Assembly (NCBI GenBank): GCA_048128005.1
Contig: JBEUKZ010000068.1
Coordinates: 62,001-126,000 of the forward strand
Direction of reading: 5' to 3'
Length of the DNA: 64,000 bases
Source of the DNA: Veleropilina oligotropha
Taxonomy: Eukaryota
Below, in pieces: positions 19,059 to 31,442 of the stretch (its first letter is position 1; each line of letters begins with the position of its first letter). Below the pieces are notes generated by a model. It ran no database searches. It was not told the origin of the DNA and saw nothing but the letters and a program-made list of their open reading frames with translations. The position numbers and the translations under genes were made by a program.

Positions 19059-22000
19059 CAGCCGCAAATCCTCTTTTCCGATTACATTCCAGGCATGTTA
19101 AGCACACGTTGTCGCGGATGTGGCCCCTGCTGTTGTCCACACGGTCGATACTGAACTGCTGTGTATCTTTGGGCTGGTAGGCCCAGAGCAGCTCTATGTT
19201 GCATGCTGCGCATCGGTTGTTTTGGGCTTTGAGCTGCAGGATGTCCTCGACCTTGAGGTTAAATCCCTGGAGTCCCTTTGCCTGGTCCTGGCGCATGTAT
19301 GCCACGAGCTTCCTCTGGATGGTTTTTCGAACCTGCTGCTTGCTCTGCTGCGCTTGCGCGTGGGGGGCTGTCCTCAGAACCCTCATCCGGAGGACAGGTT
19401 ACCCGTTCGAGCTGATGCAGATACTCCACCCGGGACACGGCTAGGTAGGCGAGATTACTCCACTGAAGGTAGTCGTCGATGATCCAGACTTTCTGTGGGT
19501 CGTGAATCGTAAGACCCTGGCTCGAATGGATGGTGAGAGCATAGCCCAGGCGCCAATCCGGGGTCAGGATAGCCCTCTCAGCGGCCTCAATGGTGACCTC
19601 AACGCCGTCGTTGAGAACCAGCTCCTGTCTTTCGTCGGTGCCCGGAATTGTTACCATGATGTTTTGCTTACGGTTGTCCCTGGGGTGGTAAAGGATAGGA
19701 ACCTGGGAGTCTGGGAATTCTTCCTTGTGCCTCTGGAGCAACAGCTCTTGAGCCCGTTCGCGGACCTTCTGACGGCTGGTGAGGGTTAGGTCGCCTGGCT
19801 TCCAGGCTTTGACAAACCGGTCCCATCCAAGGCAGCTGGGGAGAGTCTTACGCATTTCCTGGCACTGGACTTTGTCGGGCTGGAGGCGGATACGTCTTTT
19901 CAGGGCTTGGAGGGCAGGGTCGATCTCTTCATAGTAGTCCGCGGTCCTTCGCAGCCAATCGTGCAGCATCTCCCCCGTAATCGGTGGTGGCTGGCCCTGG
20001 TCCCCACAGCAGATAACCTGAACTTCGTGCTGGCCCAGCCAGTCCAAGAACATCTCGAGGATAGGCCGGGGAACAGTACAGACCTCGTCCCAGATAATGA
20101 TGCGGGGATGAACTTCTGACCCATGCGGTTGGGTGTCCAGTTGTTCTGGCCGCTCCATCGGAAGAAGCTGTGGTAGGTCTGGGCTTGGACACCCCTGGTC
20201 CGCATTTCTTTAGCGAGGCGGTGGGTTGGCGTGAACACAATGGGATTTCTTTCCCGAAAGAGCTCGATCGCTCTCGTAGTCTTGCCACAGCCCCCTCCAC
20301 CGTTGAGGTAACTCAGGCGATGGTGGGTCAGCGTGTCATTGTAGCATGGCGCGGTGCTTGGCTGGCTGGAATTGGCGGCACAACAATACTCTGGCTTGGG
20401 CAGGTATGCAGCATGTTCCTGTGGCATGTACAGCGGTTCGCCCTTGTCACGCCACTGGGCCGGTGCTACTGGCGGAAGGTATGTCTCCCCGATCAGACAG
20501 GAGATGCACGATTTATCGCCACAGTCGCAGAGTTGGGGGGCAATGTACGCCTTGACATCGTCGAGCTTCTCCAACGAGGCCTTCTTGAGGTAGATGCTGT
20601 CAGTGGCCACTCGGACAGCCTCCTCAGGGGTGAAGCGCTGAAGCATTGAGAGGAGGTTTATGTGGGCATAGGCCAGCATCGATGCCCTCAGGTGAGTGTA
20701 CTGTGGCTGCGAGCCATCATAGTACGTGAGGATGTGCCCCATAGGGCACCCTTTGAGGTGCGCCGACCAGGGTACCGCTTTGACGGGTGTCTCGGACCAG
20801 GAAGTCAAGCTCTCCCTGGTCAATCACAAGCCTTCGTGTCAATCTTTTGCCGTCAGCTTTGGCGCCTTGGGTGAATTTTCCGATAATGCTGCAGCCCTGG
20901 TCACGGTTCTCAGGAAGCCAGACATCGGTCTGTTTTCTGAATGCGATGATGGCCTCGCGCACCTCGAGGGTCTTCACGAGGCCGGACTCTACGAGGAAGG
21001 CGAGCAGCGGGGTTGGGCACCAACTATTTTCTGCAAAGTGCTTTCCGAACCAGGCGGGGATCGTGGGATGGATCTCTTGTGCAAACTCCCACCCCACGAC
21101 CTCGGCAAATCCAGTACCGATTTCTTGGGGAAGAGGACCGTTAATTGCGACACGAGTCATGCGGTGGGTTGGGTGTCCGAATCTTTCGAAATATGGCTTA
21201 GCCTCGCCCTTCCCCTGAAAGCTGGCAGGGTAGCAGGCTTTCATATCGATGCAGCAGATATCGCCCGTATCATAGTTCATGGAGTTCCAAAGGCCACCAT
21301 GACCATGCTCTACGCAGGCCTTCTGGATGTCATCGAGCAGGCTGGCCGGGGTAGGTTTCCAGCCGTTGTTCTCTTTGGCCATAATGCTAGCTGCATGGTT
21401 CTCGCCAAAGGCTCGATCGGCAAGAGACTCGTTCCCCAGAGCCTTACAGGCTTCCTGAAGAGCGGTGTGAGTCTCTTTCATCCTGTAAGTGCGGCCGTCT
21501 TGCAGCACGAACTGGTCCACGTTGAGCTGTCGGTCTGTACTGCCAAGGAGCCAGACAGCTAATGGCTCGTTCTGTGTGGCCCTCATACAGGTGGACCTCG
21601 CGAGACTGCGGGAAATGAAGGTCCTTGGGCCAGGCGTGGCCGTTGTTGCAGATGAGTTCTACTGGTCTATGACATCCCTGGTACTTCCCACTGTTGTAGA
21701 TGTCCTCACCAGCAATGTCTCTCAAGATGATCGCCCGTTTGAGGATCCTCTCCAGTTGGGCCACATCGTCGACGGAAGCTCCTGTTACATGAACTCGCTC
21801 TTCCCACTCCTGTATTTTCTGCCGCCTGATTGGAGTTAGTCCGTGTCCTCTCAGGGCACCTTCGAAGTGCTCAACCACTCTCTGGGCAACGCAGTTGAGA
21901 TCGCCGTTCTTCATTGGAACCAGGTTGGCGGGGTTTGGTTCTCTGAGAGGGTAGAGGCCGTAGAAGACTGCAGTGACCGGGTAGGCTTTCTCGTAGTAGA

Positions 22001-22894
22001 CTTTGTCGACCCCAGTGATAGCACCCGGCTGAGTGTCATAGGATATCTCAAAGATACCGTGGCCCTTCTTTCTCGCAGCTTTCCCGGGTCAAACTTGTCT
22101 TCGACCACCCAGTCGCCGTCATGCCACTCACGCAAGAACTTGATTCTCAGGACAAACTCGCCTTTTGGAAGGGCTGTGAGGAGCTGTACCACCCTCGCAT
22201 CTGTCATACGGGCATCCAGGGCCAGCCGGCCAGCCCTCGCTTCGGCGATCTTAATGTCGCCGATGTTCTCTACCTCTACCCTCCATGTGGAGAAGGCCGC
22301 CGCGGCGCCATCGACCTCAAACTCGTCTTTGGCGTCGTTCAAGAGTTCCACCCATGGCTCGTCTGCTGGGAGCATTACTGGGGGAGGGGCCTGGTCATCC
22401 AGGTCGATGAATTGTTGCCCCTCTATTGTGGTAAACAGCCCTAGAAGATCCTTCTGGTAGTCCTGGGCTGTCCGGGGCGTTTTGGAGCGGGGAATTGGGT
22501 CCCCCTTCCGAGCAATAGCCCGGGCAAGGGTTTCTTTCCGAGACCGAGTCAGACCGTGCAGGTGTGGCTTGACAATTCGATCCGTGATGTTACGAAGTGG
22601 CTTCTGTCGTAGCAAGGGCGTCTTCTCAGCCTGGGTTTCGTATTTACGGACCCTGAGGGCCACGTCGACCTCGCCCAGGAGCTGTTTTAATTCGCGAGCA
22701 CGACGGCCTCTTTGGTGGGGGTTCTCCACATCTCCACGTATGGAGGGGAACCTTCCCGTTTTCAACGCCCGCTCGAGTCTCCTCCGAAACTCGGCAGCAC
22801 GGACCCCGGCGATTGCCCTGATGAGGTCGTTCCTCTTGAGCTTCGACCGATCGGGAAGCCCGTAATCTTTCGCTAAATTACGCAGTTCATCCAT
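19048..22894 (-). pseudogene. Multidomain replicase: HeH-like / putative terminal protein / OTU-like protease / protein-primed PolB-like palm / SF1 helicase / HNH, broken by about five frameshifts
   Basis: Six overlapping ORFs (21911-22894, 21444-21914, 20717-21586, 19900-20823, 19259-20158, 19048-19386). Motifs in order: DLNCV...NGHAW; IDMKACYP; CSIIGKF; VATDSI; GGGGCGKT; IWDEV; GDQGQPPP; TIHSSQGLT; YLAVSR; CAAC...SIDRVDNSRGH..DNV...CLECN. Confidence 0.82.
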
Positions 22895-22942
22895 GTTGCC
22901 GGACGGGTATACACTACATCGATCACTTCTCTAATAGCAAAT

Positions 22943-23218
22943 TTACGTGTGGTACATCGCAGCCATACGGAGAAACTCTCTCTGGAAGGCCCTTTTCTTT
23001 CGTTGCCAGTCCCTATCATTCTCAAGCTTATACCCACAGCCCTGACACAGCGTAATCCGGTTGAAGACGCCTTTGCCGCATTTGATGCAGGGCTTTGTGC
23101 CCCGGCCATTTCGCCGTTGCCGAGCCAGGTGGACTTTGCAATACTCGCTCAGACATCTCTTACCGCATAGCTCCGTGGAGCTGATTGTAAGCCATTGACA
23201 GGTGTCATAGCCCCTCAT
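22943..23218 (-). CDS. Small Cys/His zinc-finger protein
   Basis: C-x10-C-x3-C-x4-C-x2-H followed by CIKC...CQGC; directly upstream of the replicase. Confidence 0.6.
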   Translation of the reverse strand: MRGYDTCQWLTISSTELCGKRCLSEYCKVHLARQRRNGRGTKPCIKCGKGVFNRITLCQGCGYKLENDRDWQRKKRAFQREFLRMAAMYHT

Positions 23219-23842
23219 CGTATACTTTGCAGTGGGTATATCTTTTGCAAAGGGTATGTCTAAAAGAGAGCCCGGGCCGGCGAGGGTAACGGGCCGTCCC
23301 TACGGGCTCTTACTACCAGCACGGTTCAAACGGGCGTGGCCAACGGATATCACAGAGGGTCCGCCTTTGGACGACGGTGATTGTGTAAAACTCCCTTGTT
23401 ACCGTCTTTGGTCTTCTTCTTAAAGACCGCCTGGTCACCGTCGTCGAGTTCGACAATCAAAACGTCGTGGCCTGTGTTTAGGAGGTTTCTAACGCACCTG
23501 GAGCTCCCTTCGCCGTGCAGCGTAGGAACGTCTTCCAGGTCACCCTCTCTATCGTCTCTATCGGCTGGTCCGTTTCCAGAGTTGTCATCTTGATCTCGCG
23601 GTATCTTGGGGGGCTGCGACATGTTGCTTTCAAGTATAACTACACACCGTCTAACATACCATTGATAGACCCGGCCCACATAGACTATTCTAAGCTACCC
23701 TAGTTCAGGACGGCCGACAAAAAAACTCCGCCCTAGCTGGGGGGTATATATTACGAGCCCCTCAGTTCTGAACAGGTGCTGGGAGCCTTATTTTCCCATT
23801 CTAAAAAGTCTACTCACCCCCCCTGCTGCTGCTGCCAGTTCT

Positions 23843-24090
23843 GAACAGGTGCTGGGAGCCTTATTTTCCCATTCTAAAAAGTCCGATCACCCCCCTGCTC
23901 TGTACACACGGTGACTTTTGTAATACAAGCCCTACTCTGGGGTCTGAAATAGGGCTGGGCGCCTCCCCGGCGGCCGTGGGCCCCTAGTCTAAACTGCCTT
24001 AGGGGCTCGTACTACACCACCTCAGTTCTGAACAGGTGCTGGGAGCCTTATTTTTCCATTCTAAAAAGTCCGATCACCCCCCCTGCTGCT
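23843..24090 (-). repeat. Right terminal inverted repeat (extra terminal unit at 23761-23836)
   Basis: Reverse complement of 7875-8130. Confidence 0.9.
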
Positions 24091-26688
24091 CAGCTTGCAA
24101 AGGAGCACAGGCTTTGTTTCTCCTGCCTGACTCGAGGACATTTTTCGTCGGCCTGCCGGTCTAATCGAAGATGCAGTAAGTTTGGATGTGATCGGTCCCA
24201 TCATTCATTGTTGCATGTCGACATTCCTTAGGTAAGTGGAGTTTCTTCTATATTAGATAGGAATGGTATCATGCCTGTTGTCAGGGTTGCTTTTACTGGA
24301 AGAAATCGTGAAGGAAACGTGTTGATTGACAGTGGTGCGGGGACTACTGTCATCCGGAGCGATTTTGCCAAATCTTTAGGTTTGCAGGGCAGGAAAGAAC
24401 GTTTAAATATTTCGGTTGTAGGCGACGAGAAGCTGGAGCAGCCCGAGAGCAGACGTCTGAGTTTTTTTATTTCTCCTATAGGTGGTAGAGAAGAGCACCG
24501 TATAGAGGCCCATGAAATAGATAAAACAATCCTCGATGTTCCCCCTTTGAGTAGAAAATGGTTGAAGTCGCTTTCTCATTTGAAAGATATCGATTTCCCC
24601 CACAAAGCTGGACCTGTTGATCTTATTTTAGGTGTCCAATACAGCCACCTTCATGTGGATAATGACAAGCGTCAGGGTTTGCCCTTTGAACCCATATCCA
24701 AGCAAACTCGGTTGGGCTGGTGTGTTCTAGGGTCTGACAATGTGTCCGGTCTTTCATCCATTTGTTCGATTGGGTTTGTTGAAACAGTCAATCTTGATAC
24801 ATTTTATGCACTGGAGACACTTGGTGTTCAAGCACCCGACTGCTCATGTGAGGCGAAGGCTATGTCCCCTGACGACAGACGAACTATGGAGATGTTTAAA
24901 GAGTCGTGCAAAAAGGAAGGTGACCGTTATGTTATTGGGCTACCTTGGAAATGTGATCCATCGTTGCTTCAAGATAATTTTACGATTGCAGAGAAACTTC
25001 TTTTTTCTCTTGAGAAAAGTTTATTGAAAAGCCCAGAAAGGGCCAAGTTGTATGATAATGCCATCAATGAGTTCCTAAAACATGGTTGGGCGGTAGAATT
25101 AACTGCAGAAGAATTGGCATCTAACATTAAGCCAGTTCATTACCTTCCTCATCATGGAATTTATCGTCCGGAAAAGAAGAGTACACCACTCAGAGTTGTA
25201 TTTGATCCAGCTTGTTTGTTCAAGGGTGTGTGTTTGAACTCTTACTTACATAAGGGACAATTTTTGATTGGTAATTTGCTTGGAGTTTTGTTGCGTTTTA
25301 GAGAGCTGAATGTTGCATTCACAGGCGACATATCCAAAATGTATCAACAGATTCTTTTGCCCGAATCTGATACACATGTACATAGATTTCTTTGGAGAAA
25401 TTTGGATTCAGAGGTTGAACCCAAAATAAATAGATTATTGCGAGTCACTTTTGGCGATAAACCATCGCCAGATATGGCAAGTTACGTGATATTGCACATG
25501 GCAGATGAGATGGGGAAAGAGTTCCCACAAGCAGCAGATATTCTTAGGCGTGATCGCTATGTTGACGATCTCATACATTCCTGTGGCACTGAAGAAGAGG
25601 CGCTAAAAAGAATGGGAGATTTAGAGAAAATTCTCTCGCCAGGAGGTTTCAAAATTAAGAAATGGTTTTGTTCGTCTGATCTTCAGCATGATAGTGCTGT
25701 TGAGATTAGCCTTGATAGAGAGGATAATGTCAAGACATTGGGTGTGGTGTGGCGTCCAGGTGTGGACACCATGAAGTTTCAGGTAAATGATGCTGATCTA
25801 ATGCATTTCACTAAAAGAAGTGTTTTGTCTCGTATTTCAGCAATCTATGATCCACTTGGTCTGGCTTCTGTGGTGACTATTAAGGCACGTGTTGCTATTC
25901 AAGACATTTGGAGAGTCAAGGATTTGGATTGGGATACTCCTCTTCCCCGGGAGATGTGTATTTTGTGGCAGCATCTGCTACAAGACATAGAAGGTTTGAG
26001 AGGAATAGAGTTTCCTCGGAGTTTGATACCCCCAAATGCAATTGGTTGTTCTGAACTTCATGTGTTTGCAGATGCAAGTGCTTCCGCGTATGGTGCAGTG
26101 GCATATCGTTTATGGCCAACATGTAATGGATCGGAAGTAAGATTGGTTTCAGCTAAGGCTGGAGTGGCGCCGTTGAGACAAACAACAATTCCTCGTCTCG
26201 AGTTGATGGCAGCTCTGATTGCCAGTAGACTTGCAAAGACCATCGTCGAAGAATTTCAGGATAAGCCGGAGAAAGTTGTGCTTTGGACAGATTCTCAGAT
26301 TGTTCTTCATTGGCTTAGAAAGGAGTCTTTGAAGATGAAGCCATTTGTAGGTGTTCGTATAGCAGAGATTCAGTCTTTTTGGGAATCTGATGTTTGGAGA
26401 TTTGTGCCGACTGATCTTAATCCAGCCGATGATTTAAGTAGAGGTCTTCCTGTCCAGGAAATCACTGGACGTTGGACATGTGGTCTGTCCTTTCTGCGAC
26501 AACCAAGGGAAGAGTGGCCTGTTTTGGAAATAAAGGCACCGGCAACAGACAATGAGATAAAGAAACCAAAACCGGTTTGTATGGTTTCTCGGTTAGCTCC
26601 AGTCATTGATCCTTCCATGTTTTCTGATTGGAAGAAATTAGTTCGAGTGACGGCTTATGTGTTTCGTTTCATTAACAACATTCGATGA
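24091..26688 (+). pseudogene. pol: BEL gag Zn knuckles followed by pol (protease, RT, RNase H)
   Basis: CFSC...H...C and C...C...HH knuckles; LIDSG protease; YLPHH, LRVVFD, GDISKMY, YVDD; HVFADAS...TIPRLEL...WTDS...NPADDLSRG. Confidence 0.92.
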
Positions 26689-27994
26689 AGATCTGGTAAC
26701 TTCAACGAAAAGCGTAAACAGGAAGAGCTTCTACCCGATGAGGTAGTCAAAGCAGAGAAGCATTGGCTTTTGGTAGCACTGCAAGACTTAGTGGATTGGG
26801 AGAGTCGTCATAAAGATTTGACACCGTTCGTTAATGAAGACATTGTTCGAGTCGGAGGAAGACTACGGAGGTCTCCACGCACATATGATCAGGTTCATCC
26901 GATTTTGCTTCCAGCTGGACACACATGAGAAGAAGGCGGACAAGCAAGAACTCTTGATGAGAGCCGTCGAAAGGTTTGGATAATTAGGGGACGCAGTATG
27001 GCTAAATCTGTTGTTCGATCATGCGTTGTTTGTAGGAAATTGCGCCAGCCACCGCACACAACGTTAATGGCTGATCTACCACCGGAGAGAATGCAGCCAT
27101 TTTCACCACCATTTCAGGTTACTGGTGTAGACCTGTTTGGCCCGTTTCTTCTCAAGTATGGTAGAAATAAGTCCACAAAGGCATGGGGCGCACTATTTAC
27201 TTGTGCAACTGTAAGGGCAGTCCATTTGGAGATTGTTGATGGACTTTCCTCTTCGGCTTTCTTGCATGCCTTTCGCCGATTTGCTTCTCATCATGGTTGG
27301 CCAAGTACTGTGATCTCAGATAATGGTACATCATTTGTTGGGGCAGAAAAGGAATTGAGGAAATTGGTTTGTGATGATAAACATCACCTTGAAGAGTTTG
27401 CTTCTTCTCATCATGGCTTCAAGTGGAAATTTATAACTCCATTGAGTCCACATCAAGGCGGTATGTGTGAGAGTCTTATAAATCAAGTAAAACGTGGAAT
27501 ACAAGTGGCCATTGGTCAACAGTTGTTGACCTGGAATGAATTGTCAACAGTCTTCGCAGAGGTAGAGTCGCTCATAAACTCGCGACCTATTGGATTCTCA
27601 TCAAATATTCCAGACGATTTAAGACCATTGACACCTAATCATTTTTTGTTAGGTCGAGCTAGTGCAGACATTCCTCAAGGCCCTTTCCAAGAGACTAAAA
27701 ATTTGCTCAAGCGTTTTGAGTTTGTACAGGCATTGGAAACGATTTGTAAGAGAATACGTTCCCTCTTTAATGAAGCGTGGTAAGTGGCAGAGCAAAGGTC
27801 GACAAATGAAGGTAGGTAACATAGTGTTGCTCACAGATCCAGATGTACCAAGAGGTAAGTGGTCTATGGCTCGAATTTTAAATGTTCATCCAGGGAGTTA
27901 TGGTATTGTCAGAAATGTTACAGTTAGAACAAAGCCAGGAGAGTACAGACGTTCGATACAGCGGTGCTGTCTAATTCTTGAAATGGCAGATTAA
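26689..27994 (+). pseudogene. BEL integrase, disrupted
   Basis: CVVC, TGVDLFGP, ISDNG, GGMCESL, INSRP, LTPNHFL; stop, deletion and frameshift present. Confidence 0.9.
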
Positions 27995-28031
27995 TACACT
28001 GGCATTTGCACTCTGTGACGCCCCCTCAGGA

Positions 28032-28567
28032 TGTTTTGAATTTCGAACGCGCGCAGAAACTCACTTAGGTTATCTCCCTTGACTGATTGAACGAGTCACT
28101 GAAGCGACCGTCCATTTTGTGAACGGACGTGGTTGCAGGGCACACGATTGCAAATCCATCGGCATCGTGGTGCTGTCTGTCAATAACGCGGATATTAAAC
28201 TCTTCAGGTATTATATATTGCATATGTAGTATGATTTAGTAATTGTTGCATTTAGTAATTTAATATAGTTTAGTAGCACTGTTGCGTGTATAGGTTATTT
28301 AACCTTAAAATTGTGGCATAAGTATGAAGTAATGTGATATTGTCTCGTATTAAACATGACTGATTTGGTAGTATTGTTGTGAGTATATATATTGTTGTTC
28401 ACATGGCTATTTGCTAAGATGTGTCGAGATGTAATTATATAATGAACTTATGAAGCATTATTGTATTTTGCAGAACATACGCTGTCCTGTTTTATGCGCT
28501 ATCAATAAATGGTACTGTTCGTAAATATCTCCTTGGTTATTAGTCCATGGATTCGCTATTTTTACCA
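28032..28567 (+). repeat. BEL 3' LTR
   Basis: TG...CA repeat of 3380-3881 followed by the TSD GGAAG. Confidence 0.92.
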
Positions 28568-28572
28568 GGAAG

Positions 28573-30385
28573 GATTGTCATAATTAGTCTAAAATTAGAT
28601 GCACGGCCCTTTTTAAAAGACTATCAAGACGACCAATATCCTGTTTACTACAGTACGCTATAACAATAATCAAAATATGGTAAAATAAAACATTTAAAAA
28701 ATTGACGCCTAGCATGTGCTGGCAAAAAAGACTTGATTTTTGCTAGTAAGTACAGTTTTGATTTGATGCTGGCAACCACTATATCAACATGATTTTCTAT
28801 TGTGACACCAAGACATTTTTCACATTTCGCGTTCTCTATTTGGCTTCCATTAAGGTTGACATTTAATTGGTCAGATTCTTATCGAGACCACATTTGCCTC
28901 GTCGTCACCAACATACATTTAGTCTTATATGTATTTGGACACATTTTATTTTGATGACACCATTTATGTACATTTTCAACGTCATAGTTGAGTTTATCAT
29001 TTAACTCAGATACAAATTTTGCTGATGTGTGTATTGTGAAATCGTCAGTGAATAGTTCAGTTTCCCAATTCGAGATATGTAAAGGTAAGTCGTTAATAAA
29101 TACTAAAAATAATAGCGGACCCAGTATAGAGCCCTTTGGCACACCTACATTTAAAGTTATATTATCTGATACACATCCATTGATACACACACATTGCTTT
29201 CTATCAGAAAGAAACGACTCTATAAAATTCAAAGAACGGCCACATATGCCATAAATGTTCAGTTTCTGAATAAGGATGGTATAATTAACGAGATCAAATG
29301 CCTTCCTCGGATCTAGGAAGACAACACCGACTAAGTATAGGTTAGATGGCGGATTGGAGAGTCTTAGCAAAATAGGAGTCGAGCCCGTAGGGCGAGACTA
29401 CTTTTTGATAAGAGTCTACAAGCTGCCGTCTAACCGACTTAGAAGCTAATTTCATTTCTCCACACAAATTATTTATAATTATCTAATTTGTTAAACTATT
29501 TATGTTATCGAAACACATATTTATTACAAAATAATTAGCTTTTTTACCAATATATCAAGAAGATCCATATTAACATTACAACCTGTCACCCCTATTCTTA
29601 ATAATGGGTAAGGCATCGCAAACAATAGACCTGCAAAGTGCCGTCTTCAGCAATAATTGACGAGAAATACTGCTCTCTCATTGGCCGAGAAATGAAATTG
29701 GCTTCTAAGTCTTTATTGTCAATATGACCGTACCAAGAGTCCATAAGTGCTGTTAATTCTGTCTGGCAGGAATGGATGGAACGAAAACCAGTCTGATTTC
29801 CGTAAAATAAGTCGTTTTCCTCGAGGTAAGTCATCAGATGGTTATGTACATGCCGCTCAAGGACTTTTGATAGAATAGTGAGTATGCTATCGGGACGATA
29901 ATTCCCAGGATCACTTGCATTACCTCCCTTGCGCTCTTCCAGATTGTTAGAAAACGTCCCATCTCGATAAACCCGTTTAGGATGACCGTAATAGATGGGG
30001 CTATGATGTCAGCTGACATAATAATAAATTTAGCTGATATGCCATCCATACCTGGCGACTTACGGGGGTTTAGGTTCTTGATCTGTTTTTCCACAAAGTC
30101 CAATGTAACGCATGGAATTTCAAAACTTATTTCATGATCCATTTTCGTTGACACGAAGTTTTTCAATTTGTCAAAAAAAGAAACATTTTCTTCATTATTC
30201 TGTGTCACGTACTGTTCATCTACTGATGTAAACCAAGTGTTGAATCCGTTTGGAATTGAGTTACCGTCTTCTATCGTTTCGCCATTAATTCTGATATTAG
30301 ACATCAGTTGGCATTTCTTATTTGGAACAAGTTCTTTTAGATGTTTCCAAAATTCTTTTATGGCACATTGTCCTTTATCCAGTAT
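28573..30385 (-). pseudogene. LINE ORF2 reverse transcriptase fragments
   Basis: KSPGMDGI, NQTGFR, VFLDPRKAFDLV, GVPKGSILGPLLF, LFTDD, NTYKTKCM. Confidence 0.88.
29337..29710 (-). mobile_element. Non-autonomous Crypton-like element
   Basis: Perfect 6-bp repeat CTAAGT (29331-29336, 29705-29710); 24-bp terminal/subterminal inverted repeat (29437-29460 vs 29687-29710); terminal hairpin 29340-29435; removal restores DNKDLVGVVFLD. Confidence 0.72.
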
Positions 30386-31442
30386 TGTTGCATTATTGAT
30401 GTCTGCAGGTCACCGTGTTGACCCAGACCGTTGTTAATGGTGGCAAGATCGTCTAGTGGTTTTTATAGCTGGTCATCTCTTCAATACAACAATGGAGGCA
30501 GTGGTAGAAATAAGTATTTCTGTATTTCTTGAATATACATGGTTGTGAAGCGAAGCAAAGCGGCAGCAGTAAGTAATTAAAAGTATATAGTTTTGACGCT
30601 CACATGGCGTTTATCCTTCTCATCTCAATTTGAATCTCCACTTCACTAGGAACTAGCGAAGTCTCAACCGAACAAGAACTCTGAGCCCTCAACAAGGCAA
30701 CTCTAAAACTAACTGAAGTTATATTAAAAGCTTGATTCATATATAGTCTATCGTCAATTACGCATGCAGTATTCTTCCACTACGTAGTTGGCAGGAGAAG
30801 ACACCTTACTACGCAGCACGCATCGCAATGATTCTTCTAATATTTGAGTCATAATTGAACAATGATTTGGTATTCCAAATGTTTATGTTTATCCGAACCG
30901 CATGCTTGTTGACAATAGTCTAGAAATATCAGCTTCACAATCAGCCATTAACTGTCGGCAGGATGACTGTCCTATATGCATAATATTTATATCCACGCGC
31001 ATTCAGGATGCTAATAATGGTCTAAAGTTATCTGAACAATTTATCTGAGAAATGAAATAATAAATCGTTTCACTATCTACTCAACTGAATATAATATTGA
31101 GTTATATAATTTAATCTTCCCTTTTAATAAATAAAAGCTAACATTATCCCCTATAATGTTACAGACCTCCCATTCTTAAGAATATATAAGATTTTAAATC
31201 CCTCGATTAAATCTTAGATTTTCAAACAGCATTAATTGCGAGCACATGGAGTATACAGCACATAAGTGAATGTATGACTGAATTTTCAGCCATCCCAATG
31301 TACAAGGAATTTCAATGTCTATAATTATTAATAGTGTATCCGTTAATGGATAATGTTCGTGTATTCTTCCCGCACAATATAGAGAGAGTGTCTCTCAATA
31401 AAATTCAGCTAATCGCACACACGTATATTTAAATTGGTGAAG

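Larger units (their letters stand above)
7875..24090. mobile_element. Endogenous Polinton-like / MELD (adintovirus-like) dsDNA virus, 16.2 kb
   Basis: Termini AGCAGCAGGGG...CCCTGCTGCT with ~250-bp TIRs; imperfect TSD (CAGTT left, CAGCT(T) right); splits BEL gag in frame; much higher GC than the flanks; MCP, penton, ATPase, integrase and PolB-like genes. Confidence 0.92.
3380..28567 (+). mobile_element. BEL/Pao LTR retrotransposon, interrupted and non-functional
   Basis: LTRs TG...CA at 3380-3881 and 28032-28567; 5-bp TSD GGAAG (3375-3379, 28568-28572); gag-PR-RT-RH-IN order with BEL-type motifs. Confidence 0.92.

Noticed and set aside
19259..20310. Helitron RepHel helicase
   Set aside because: No HUH Rep motifs were seen; the helicase follows PolB-like motifs within a TIR-bounded element.
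9300..22865. Long antisense ORFs in the viral element (e.g. 9300-9926, 13590-14138, 20726-21562, 21843-22460)
   Set aside because: Shadows of GC-rich coding strands with no recognisable motifs.
7875..24090. Bacterial prophage or contaminant suggested by high GC and dense genes
   Set aside because: It interrupts a eukaryotic BEL gag in frame, has TIRs and a TSD, and encodes a Polinton-type integrase and capsid genes.
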